Program-made: the position numbers and the translations under genes
Source of the DNA: an uncultured Gammaproteobacteria bacterium
GTDB taxonomy: Bacteria > Patescibacteriota > Microgenomatia > Daviesbacterales > UBA10151
DNA length: 64,000 bases
Assembly (NCBI GenBank): GCA_964405655.1
Contig: CAYOOO010000002.1
Span: 2,022-66,021, forward strand
Reading direction: 5' to 3'
Notes under the pieces: model-generated
Database searches by the model: none
What the model saw: only the letters and a program-made list of their open reading frames with translations
Told to the model about the DNA's origin: nothing
In this document: piece after piece, positions 56,617 to 64,000 of the stretch
How the letters are laid out: every line of letters begins with the position of its first letter
How positions within the stretch are numbered: position 1 is the stretch's first letter

Positions 56617-57816
56617 TTAGGCTGCTCTGGATACTACTTCCCGTGCTTCTACCCCTACTGCTTGGCTGATGTGGGTTAGGCCGTCTTGTTCCATCAGTTT
56701 TATTAAACCTCTTAGAATTCTTCCAGCAATTGTTGGTCCAACAGCTCTATTGCCTGAGATAACTTCTAAAATAGAAGCACCAGCTTTAATCCGCTGATAA
56801 GCTGTCTCTGCGTCATTGACTGCTCCTGCTCCCCAGACCATCAGTTTGTTACCGAAGTTGAGATAAATATAAGCAGTCTTTTCCAACAGCATTTGTCTAA
56901 AGTCAGGATCATCGCCAGCAATTCCACCTGTAGTTAAAAATCTTTCACCGTATTTTCTTTGGACTTTTTGGTCGTAGTATTTTCTTTTAATCTCCGAATC
57001 AGTAGTGGTGTTGCCCATAATTACTCCAGTGGTACCAACATCAATTGCAACTACTAGAGCCTCATCTATCTCCTGATAGCTCATATCAGGCGAGAGTTTG
57101 ATTAAAAATGGTAAGAACACTCCTTTCTCGCTCATGACAGATATAATAGCCTGGGCGCTGTCCATCAAATATTCTTTTCCCAGGAGCCTTCTTAAAGGAG
57201 TATCCTGATCCAGTAAAACAGTATTAGGCGAGGAGTGGTTTAAGACTAAGAATTTAACTCGGGTATAATCAGAACTTGGTATCAAAATTCTGGTTAACTT
57301 AGCTAAGGCCTCAGGTGCATCTTTGGCTTTAACGTCTTTGTTAATTCCGACATTTCCGCCAACAACTAAATCGCTATATTGATTAAGTCTTTGGCCAATT
57401 GTTTCAGCTGTTTCTTTTTGATTAAACCCTAGCCAATTCCAAGTTACTACCCGGCCATTTATAATAATTACTTCCTGTCTGGGTAAAGGTTGGTTACCTA
57501 TTTGGGGATTTAAGACGACTGTTCCTACCTCAACACCACTATAGCCTAAAGCAATTAATCCTCTGACACCTTCACCATTTTTTGTCCAACCTGGCCCAAC
57601 AAATAGTGGACTTTCTGCCCTGATTCCATCAATATCTACCCTTAGTCTCTCATCAGAAAATCTTTGTCTGCCAAAATTGAGTTGTTGAATTAAATTTAAT
57701 CCGTAAGGGGTATGCTCTAATAAATCCAAAAGATTTTTGGTCCGGTTGTGCCAAGTCTCAGAATCAAGTCTTGCTAGGGCTGGGTTAACCAAGCCTTTAT
57801 AAAACTCAACGCCCAT
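56617..57816 (-). CDS. pyrD: dihydroorotate dehydrogenase (class 2-like)
   Basis: GPGWTKNGE ... LGYSGVEVGTVVLNPQIGNQPLPR matches the DHODH core. Operon with pyrE and pyrB. Confidence 0.7.
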   Translation of the reverse strand: MGVEFYKGLVNPALARLDSETWHNRTKNLLDLLEHTPYGLNLIQQLNFGRQRFSDERLRVDIDGIRAESPLFVGPGWTKNGEGVRGLIALGYSGVEVGTVVLNPQIGNQPLPRQEVIIINGRVVTWNWLGFNQKETAETIGQRLNQYSDLVVGGNVGINKDVKAKDAPEALAKLTRILIPSSDYTRVKFLVLNHSSPNTVLLDQDTPLRRLLGKEYLMDSAQAIISVMSEKGVFLPFLIKLSPDMSYQEIDEALVVAIDVGTTGVIMGNTTTDSEIKRKYYDQKVQRKYGERFLTTGGIAGDDPDFRQMLLEKTAYIYLNFGNKLMVWGAGAVNDAETAYQRIKAGASILEVISGNRAVGPTIAGRILRGLIKLMEQDGLTHISQAVGVEAREVVSRAA

Positions 57817-58432
57817 TTGCTCTTTTTTCTAAATCTTCCAAATGCTTCTCAAGAAAGGATAAATTTTTAGGATCAAAGTTAGGATCTGCCAGACAGCATT
57901 CAAGAACTCGTCTGGTAGTGGTGACAAAATCGCACCTGATTCCAAACTGTGAAGATAAGTCACTAATACCGTTATTCTCACGGTCTAGTAGCACTAAAGC
58001 ATCAGTAACCACTAAGCCATTGTCCCTCAAGACTGTTACCCCTTCACTGATACTTTTACCGGTCGTCAGCGCATCATCAATTACTAAAGCAGTTTGACCA
58101 GGAGAGTAGACTCCATCAATTTTATGATTTTCTCCATGATCTTTTTGATGTAACCTGGGAGTAATTTGGGGAACTTTTAAATAATCTGATAGGGAAGAAA
58201 CTAAAGGTGTTGAACCTGTGGGGACATCTGCCAAAATATCAAATTTTAAACCATGAGCTTTTGCTGCTAAAACTTGTACACAAACAGCTTTTAAGTCTGG
58301 GAAAGATCTTAAATTTCTAAGATCATAATAAACTGTAGTAATCCCCCCAGCTTTTAATCTAAACTCCCCAAACCTGACGCACTGTGAATATAGTATTGCC
58401 TGTTCAACAGTATAACCTTCAACCAAAGCCAT
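57806..58432 (-). CDS. pyrE: orotate phosphoribosyltransferase
   Basis: PRPP-binding motif ALVIDDALTTGKSI. Operon context. Confidence 0.7.
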   Translation of the reverse strand: MALVEGYTVEQAILYSQCVRFGEFRLKAGGITTVYYDLRNLRSFPDLKAVCVQVLAAKAHGLKFDILADVPTGSTPLVSSLSDYLKVPQITPRLHQKDHGENHKIDGVYSPGQTALVIDDALTTGKSISEGVTVLRDNGLVVTDALVLLDRENNGISDLSSQFGIRCDFVTTTRRVLECCLADPNFDPKNLSFLEKHLEDLEKRANGR

Positions 58433-58435
58433 AAT

Positions 58436-59551
58436 TTATGCTACTTGTGGCAGCGATACTTCTTCATGCATGGGTGTTAAATGTCTGATTTTTGGTATAT
58501 AACCATCAAGAAATAGGGTAAATGGTCGTGATTTGGTTCCAGCGCCCAGGATCATATCCAAAAGTGCCATTCTGACATAGAGTCCATTTTGGGCCTGCCT
58601 AAATGCAGCCATTCTAGGATCACTATCACAGTCTGTTGGTAATTCTTCATTTCTTGGTAGGGGGTGCATAACAATTGCATGAGACTGCATTAGTCCCATT
58701 GCCTCCAAATCTATACCGCACTCTCTATAAGCTGATTCGTCAATATATATAGCTTCTCCATTTCGGCCAGCTTTTGGTCTTTCTTTTTGAGGTCTAGTTA
58801 AGTAAACAACGTCGACTTTATGAAGTATTGGCCTTAAACTAGTATGTTCCCTATATGGAACACCTTTTTCGTCGAGGTATTCTTTAATGTCATCTCCCAT
58901 TCGCAGTTGCCAGGGAGAAACAAAGTCCAGGCTGACACCTGGGAATTTTGCCAGTAAATAGGCTAGTGATCTGTCAGTCCTGCCTCTTTCCAAATCTCCA
59001 GACATTGCTACTCTTAAACCGCTGATATGACCTAACTCCTTTCTGATTGTATAAACGTCCAAAAGTGATTGAGTTGGGTGTTGGCCTTTGCCATCACCCG
59101 CATTAATGATTGGTATACCTGACACTCTGGCAGCTCTGGCAGCACCACCAGTTTCATGATATCTAAGGACAATATAGTCATACCCGTAGCCATTAATAAT
59201 TCTGATTGTATCTTCTAAAGTTTCGCCTTTAATAGCTGATGAAAATTCTTTAGCATTTTCGGTACTAGAAAAAATTCCGCCCAGATTTAAAATAGCAGCT
59301 TCAAAAGAAGTTCTGGTTCTGGTTGAGGGTTCGTAGAATAAGTTATAACCCATTTTCCCTTTTAATATTTTGCTTCTTTTTTTACCTTCCGAGTGAACTT
59401 GTTCCATCCACGCAGCCAGCGGGAATAGATCCTGCTCTAGCCACTCCCTAGAAAACTGTTGGGCTTCAAGAATATGATAGGGAATATGACCAGGATAAAT
59501 TATTGGAGCCAAGTCTTCATGTCTTCCGCCCGATACTTCAGCAAATGCCAT
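58436..59551 (-). CDS. pyrB: aspartate carbamoyltransferase catalytic subunit
   Basis: STRTR, HPTQ and HPLP motifs. Adjacent to pyrE and pyrD. Confidence 0.8.
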   Translation of the reverse strand: MAFAEVSGGRHEDLAPIIYPGHIPYHILEAQQFSREWLEQDLFPLAAWMEQVHSEGKKRSKILKGKMGYNLFYEPSTRTRTSFEAAILNLGGIFSSTENAKEFSSAIKGETLEDTIRIINGYGYDYIVLRYHETGGAARAARVSGIPIINAGDGKGQHPTQSLLDVYTIRKELGHISGLRVAMSGDLERGRTDRSLAYLLAKFPGVSLDFVSPWQLRMGDDIKEYLDEKGVPYREHTSLRPILHKVDVVYLTRPQKERPKAGRNGEAIYIDESAYRECGIDLEAMGLMQSHAIVMHPLPRNEELPTDCDSDPRMAAFRQAQNGLYVRMALLDMILGAGTKSRPFTLFLDGYIPKIRHLTPMHEEVSLPQVA

Positions 59552-59582
59552 ATTTTCTTCAAAAAAAGATGTTTTTTCTGCA

Positions 59583-59605
59583 AAAAAATGGAGCCTTGCG
59601 GCTCC
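59583..59605 (-). promoter_or_regulatory. intrinsic terminator-like hairpin plus U-tracts in the pyrB leader (candidate UTP-sensing attenuator)
   Basis: Minus-strand RNA reads GGAGCCGCAAGGCUCC, then UUUUUUU, then GCAGAAAAAACAUCUUUUUUUGAAGAAA, then AUG. Confidence 0.45.
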
Positions 59606-59852
59606 TTCTACTCGACCTTTCTTAAACCAGACAGGTAGTTTTTAAATTTATGCATTTCAATATTTGTAATATAAACGTCAAACTTAATTCAATATCTGTC
59701 TTTACAATTTGTGTTATGATAGTTTGGGTTTGTAGTTTCTTTTGGACTTTTCTACCAAAACTCGATCTTTTTTAACGGTACTTACTACCGAAAAGTATAT
59801 TACATGGCTTCCTATTACTAAACATGTCAAGAAAAGCTGACATAAAAAACTT

Positions 59853-60194
59853 ATGACAGCAGAGCTAAAAACTCTTGAACTATCTTCAAAACCTGTTCAA
59901 AGAATAGTTTTATCTATTAAGGCTCCAACTATCGAAGAAGTGATTGATACCTTGGGCAATCGGCGTTTTTTTGGGCTAATGCAAAATTTTAACAGCAGAG
60001 GGAAAGAGTGGAGAGCTGTTACTAGTAGACATCTAGGTTTTCGCTCATATCAAGGAGGTAGTCAATTAGAAGCTGTCCAAAGACTTTATCTGGCAGTTCC
60101 AAATCTTGAGGTAAGATACAATTGTGCTCAATATCATGATGTGTTAGTACCCAGTTCAGAGTGGGTAGAGTTATTTACTCGGGTCTCTCTCTAA
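59853..60194 (+). CDS. hypothetical protein (113 aa)
   Basis: ORF only. Confidence 0.4.
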   Translation: MTAELKTLELSSKPVQRIVLSIKAPTIEEVIDTLGNRRFFGLMQNFNSRGKEWRAVTSRHLGFRSYQGGSQLEAVQRLYLAVPNLEVRYNCAQYHDVLVPSSEWVELFTRVSL

Positions 60195-61042
60195 AATTTC
60201 AGAGTCCCAATAAGTTTTCTGATCCAGTTTTAATATGGTATATTTGCCCTATGCTTTCAAACCTTCTTTATGATGCTAGAATCTTACTCTCGCTAGTATT
60301 TGTTTCAATTTTAATAATTATTGTAGATAGCTTAGGGTTTTTTAATTACCCTAAGTCTCTTCTTCAGCAAGTGACTATTCCAATTCAATATGGTTTGTAT
60401 AAGACTTATCTTTCTGTTTCAAGACAGTTTGAATTTATTATTTTAGCCCGTCGTGCCTCCCAGGAGAACAAAGCCTTAACAGAACAGCTAGCCCAAGTTC
60501 TCTCAGAAAATGCTCAACTGCGCAAAAAGCTGGCTGAAACAGAAAGTTTTTTACAACAGCAGAAAACCTTAGATCCTCAAACCTTTAATCTAATAGCAAC
60601 CAGACCAATTGGTATAAACAGATACATGCTTTTAGACAAAGGTTCAGAGGATGGAATTAAACTCAACCAGACAGTGATTTATAAAGATAACTATTTGGGA
60701 GAAATAAAAGAAGTTAGCCCTAAAAAATCTAAGGTTCAACTGCCTTCTGACCCAGATTCAAAAGTTGCTGTTTTTGTGGCTGATGCCAATGGAAAGGCAA
60801 AAGGGATACTGGTAGGTTTATTTGGTTCTGATATGTTGATAGATAAGGTGTTGCACCAGGAACCTTTAAGTAAAAATGACTTGGTTTATACAGAGGGGAC
60901 TGAAGGGAAAATGCCCAGAGGTTTAATTGTTGGACAAATTTCTGAAGTATTGCAAAAGGAGAACGAAGTTTTTAAGCAAGCCAAAGTAAGACCTGTTTTT
61001 GATATCACTAATCTGGATATTGTCTTTGTGATCACCAACTAG
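60161..61042 (+). CDS. mreC: rod shape-determining protein MreC
   Basis: N-terminal TM helix, a coiled coil (ENKALTEQLAQVLSENAQLRKKL) and two beta-barrel regions (LIATRPIG ... , LVYTEGTEGKMPRGLIVGQI). Confidence 0.8.
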   Translation: MGRVIYSGLSLKFQSPNKFSDPVLIWYICPMLSNLLYDARILLSLVFVSILIIIVDSLGFFNYPKSLLQQVTIPIQYGLYKTYLSVSRQFEFIILARRASQENKALTEQLAQVLSENAQLRKKLAETESFLQQQKTLDPQTFNLIATRPIGINRYMLLDKGSEDGIKLNQTVIYKDNYLGEIKEVSPKKSKVQLPSDPDSKVAVFVADANGKAKGILVGLFGSDMLIDKVLHQEPLSKNDLVYTEGTEGKMPRGLIVGQISEVLQKENEVFKQAKVRPVFDITNLDIVFVITN

Positions 61043-61049
61043 ACTAGAT

Positions 61050-61499
61050 ATGAAACTTTATGTATTTTTACTGATCCTGGCAGCATTTCTGCAAACTTCA
61101 ATTATCCCCATCAATCTGGTACTAATTTTGCTGATTATTAGAAGTTTTTTAATAGAAGATAAAGCCAACTATTTAGCCTCATTCTTTTTGGGGATATTGT
61201 TGGGGATCCTTTCATCTTCTAATGTTGGCTACTGGAGTTTGATCTTTTTATTGGTTGTTAAAATTGTTTATTTGACTAAAAAACTGCCTTTCTTTGAAAA
61301 TGCCAGCACATTTTTACTGTTATCTTTTATATTAGTTTTGTTTGTCAATGTTAGCTCAGGGTTGATTTTAAAACAGACTATTGATTACCGTTTAGTTTTA
61401 ATTGAAGCATTGGTTTCGCTACCAATTTTTTGGTTGATTCGTCTTTGGGAAGAAAGATTTGTTGTCAAATCAGATATCAGGTTAAAAATAAAAAAATAA
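61050..61499 (+). CDS. mreD: MreD-like small polytopic membrane protein
   Basis: 149 aa with 4-5 TM helices. Lies between mreC and PBP2. Confidence 0.55.
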   Translation: MKLYVFLLILAAFLQTSIIPINLVLILLIIRSFLIEDKANYLASFFLGILLGILSSSNVGYWSLIFLLVVKIVYLTKKLPFFENASTFLLLSFILVLFVNVSSGLILKQTIDYRLVLIEALVSLPIFWLIRLWEERFVVKSDIRLKIKK

Positions 61500-61511
61500 G
61501 GAGTCCAAACC

Positions 61512-63368
61512 TTGGCTAAGAATCGTTTTGGAAAAGCTTTCCCGGATGAGTTAAATAAGGTAACTGGTAAGTTTAGAGGTCACCTTAACAAAAATACTAA
61601 AGACAGCAGTGATTGGCAGGATTATCTCTTCTTAGGTGGAGAAGGAGAGCAACTATCAACCCATTTGACTGATTCCTGGAGAAAATTGTTTTTTGTTATC
61701 TCTGTATTAATTTTATTTTCAGTAATTTTGATTAGATTAGTCCATCTCCAAGTTGTTGAAGGAGAAAGAAGCAGAGATTTAGCTGATTCTAACCGTGTTC
61801 AAGTTAAGATAATCCATGCCCCAAGGGGAGTAATTTATGACCGGAATGGTAAAATTTTAGCCCAAAACGAGCCTGGATTTAGGCTGGTGGAAGGGGATAA
61901 AAATCCTCCCAATGTAACCGTAATTAGCCGGGATGAAGCTTTACAGATGGAAGTAAACAGTAACCCCCGTTTTAAGTATCTGGAGATTGATACTATCCGT
62001 TCTTATCCACAGGGTGAGATAACCTCTCATATTATTGGTTACGTTTCAGAGATCACAGCTGATGAATTGAGGGATAGTCAGTATTTAGGTTATAAATTAG
62101 GGGACAGAATTGGCCGTGGAGGGGTTGAGGAGGTTTATGAAAAAATCCTAAAAGGAATTGATGGCGGAGAAGTTATTGAAGTTGATAGTAAAGGTAAGAA
62201 AATTAGGACATTAAATAAGAAAGAGGCAGTTCCAGGACAAAACCTTTATCTAACAATTGATAGCGATCTACAAAAAGTAGTTTTTGAAAAATTATCTGAG
62301 GGTATTAAAAAAGTTGGTAGTTGTTGCGGTGCAGCCGTGGCAATAGATCCCCATTCAGGGCAGATTTACGCACTTGTCTCTATCCCCGCATTCGATCCAA
62401 GCAGCCTAACTCAAAGCTTAGAAGCACCGGATTCACCATTTTTAAACAGGGTAATTGCTGGTAGCTACCCTCCTGGCTCAACCTTTAAAATTGCCTCAGC
62501 TTTGGCTGGTTTAAATTCTGGAAAGATTACGTCCAGTACCCAGTTTGAGGATACCGGTGTCATGACTTTGGGTACGTCTACCTTCTCTAACTGGTACTTT
62601 TCCCAGTATGGTAGGAAAGAAGGTATGGTAGATATTGTCAAGGCCCTTAAGCGCTCAAATGATATCTATTTTTACAATCTTGGTAGATTGGTGGGCGAAA
62701 AAACTCTAGCAGATGTGGCTAAAAATTTAGGACTTGGCAAAAGACTGGGAATAGATATTCCCGGAGAAGCAGAGGGAGTGATACCTGATAATGATTGGAA
62801 AGTTAAAAATTTGGGCGAAATCTGGTTTCCAGGTGATACGCTACATATGTCTATTGGCCAGGGGTTTGTTTTAACCACACCTTTGCAAATCTCTTATTTA
62901 ACATCAACAGTGGCTGCAGAGGGAAAGCAATTTCCTCCTCATCTTGCTTTAAAAATTACTGATCCTTTTAGTAAAAATTTAAAGGATTTTAAATATGACT
63001 CTTTAACCAGCAAAGAGTTTAAAAAGGATAATTTAGCTATTATTAAGCAAGGATTATCCCAGGTCACCAAAGAAGGGGGAACTGCCTGGCCGTTTTTCAC
63101 CTTTCCTATAAAAACAGCAGGAAAAACTGGTACAGCTGAGTTTGGTGATCCTAAAGGAAGGACTCATGCTTGGTATACTTCTTTCGCACCTGAAGATAAT
63201 CCCAGAATAACCTTAACTGTTTTAGTTGAAGCCGGAGGAGAGGGATCAACAATAGCAGGTTCAATCTCTAAAGAGATTTACAGATGGTATTTTTCAGACA
63301 ATAAAGCTAACTTGATTAAAGATATCTATATAGTAGCAACAGAATCTGCTAGAACTTTGGGTGAATAA
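61512..63368 (+). CDS. mrdA: penicillin-binding protein 2 (elongasome transpeptidase)
   Basis: STFK, SNW/SND and KTGTAE motifs. N-terminal TM helix. mreBCD context. Confidence 0.85.
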   Translation: MAKNRFGKAFPDELNKVTGKFRGHLNKNTKDSSDWQDYLFLGGEGEQLSTHLTDSWRKLFFVISVLILFSVILIRLVHLQVVEGERSRDLADSNRVQVKIIHAPRGVIYDRNGKILAQNEPGFRLVEGDKNPPNVTVISRDEALQMEVNSNPRFKYLEIDTIRSYPQGEITSHIIGYVSEITADELRDSQYLGYKLGDRIGRGGVEEVYEKILKGIDGGEVIEVDSKGKKIRTLNKKEAVPGQNLYLTIDSDLQKVVFEKLSEGIKKVGSCCGAAVAIDPHSGQIYALVSIPAFDPSSLTQSLEAPDSPFLNRVIAGSYPPGSTFKIASALAGLNSGKITSSTQFEDTGVMTLGTSTFSNWYFSQYGRKEGMVDIVKALKRSNDIYFYNLGRLVGEKTLADVAKNLGLGKRLGIDIPGEAEGVIPDNDWKVKNLGEIWFPGDTLHMSIGQGFVLTTPLQISYLTSTVAAEGKQFPPHLALKITDPFSKNLKDFKYDSLTSKEFKKDNLAIIKQGLSQVTKEGGTAWPFFTFPIKTAGKTGTAEFGDPKGRTHAWYTSFAPEDNPRITLTVLVEAGGEGSTIAGSISKEIYRWYFSDNKANLIKDIYIVATESARTLGE

Positions 63369-63975
63369 CCCCTAACCTATAACCCACAGCAACTAACCCT
63401 CTCCTAAAATCTGGCATTTGGGCCAGTTTCATAGCTTCTGCCAACAAGATTTGGAATCTGGATAAGTCTTGAGAAATATCTACACCTCGGATTTCTGACC
63501 AAGTTTTGATCTTTTCTATACGTGCTTTTAAGTCTTGAATATTCTGTACTCCTTCTGGATAGCGCGGATCCAAATAATCAGGGTGTGCCAAACAAGAACT
63601 GATATCTTTTCTTAGCTCGTGTAAAAAGCTAGGTGCGACCCTATCAATATATGGAAAGGCAAATTCCAGATCCTCTCCCAAGAATCTGGCAGCAGTAATT
63701 GCTTGATTTACCTCGTTCATTACCTGGAGTATTGGCTGTCCTGCCTCCAAAAAAGTTTGGGCCCTATCTAAAGCCGTTTTTTTGAGATAACGGTTATAAA
63801 TCCGATCAATTTGGACAAGTCCTGCTCTTCCTTCTTCTGAATCAGTTGAGATTAGCCTAGTGAGATTACCAGCCTTAAGCGCAAACTTCCTGGCTTTGTC
63901 AAAATCTTCAACATCAGCTGCCTGGAAGGCATCTTTCATTAAGGTAGCAATAACTTGACGATGGTTTTCTACCAA
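63349..63975 (-). CDS. hypothetical protein; may extend beyond the window edge
   Basis: The ORF remains open upstream to position 64000 (8 more codons without a stop), so the N-terminus may be missing. Confidence 0.4.
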   Translation of the reverse strand: MVENHRQVIATLMKDAFQAADVEDFDKARKFALKAGNLTRLISTDSEEGRAGLVQIDRIYNRYLKKTALDRAQTFLEAGQPILQVMNEVNQAITAARFLGEDLEFAFPYIDRVAPSFLHELRKDISSCLAHPDYLDPRYPEGVQNIQDLKARIEKIKTWSEIRGVDISQDLSRFQILLAEAMKLAQMPDFRRGLVAVGYRLGVIHPKF

Positions 63976-64000
63976 TTGCCCTGGTAGTTGAGTCAGATCT

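Overview
This is an AT-rich, gene-dense bacterial segment with short intergenic spacers, frequent start/stop overlaps and frequent TTG/GTG starts. From gene content I infer a small-genome, CPR/Patescibacteria-like organism. The evidence is four tRNAs without encoded CCA, ComEA/ComEC, a type IV pilin, a sortase, PEGA and dockerin-like secreted proteins, and many lineage-specific hypothetical proteins. The genetic code is standard, since TGA, TAA and TAG are all used as stops.

Housekeeping genes I recognise:
- Aminoacyl-tRNA synthetases: leuS and argS.
- Nucleotide and formylation metabolism: ndk, fmt and def.
- The pyrB-pyrE-pyrD operon.
- Transcription/translation factors: secE, nusG, rplK, rplA, rplJ, rplL and rpmB.
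- Cell shape and wall: two mreB paralogs, mreC, mreD, PBP2 and PBP1A.
- Two GT4 glycosyltransferases and one WecB/TagA (GT26) enzyme, GH1 and GH15 hydrolases, an M50 protease, and five tRNAs: Pro-CGG, Arg-CCT, Trp-CCA, Thr-GGT and Thr-TGT.

I found no CRISPR array, integrase, transposase or reverse transcriptase.

The observations most worth a second look:
1. At 20053-20607, a membrane-anchored winged helix fused to a Cas2/VapD-like domain, with no cas1 or array. Three copies of a ~30-nt inverted-repeat motif surround it, and an excisionase-family HTH gene plus an OmpR-type wHTH pseudogene remnant lie beside it.
2. A self-complementary GC-rich 16-mer, TCCGCCRGCTGGCGGA, occurs in three 5' UTRs/leaders and once in-frame inside mreB paralog 2, where it adds about 7 codons. 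It resembles the Rickettsia palindromic elements that insert into coding genes.
3. The secE-nusG-rplKA-rplJL cluster is broken up by inserted genes. NusG and L7/L12 carry homologous acidic N-terminal extensions, and L1 carries a lysine-rich one.
4. Two large arginine-rich proteins at 43201-48810 have C-termini that resemble RelE/ParE toxin cores.
5. A radical-SAM/SPASM-twitch enzyme sits beside a tandem Cys/His-repeat protein and tRNA-Trp.
6. A ~240-nt GC-rich structured element at 6396-6640 precedes a two-gene operon of possible PvcA/Dit1-like proteins.
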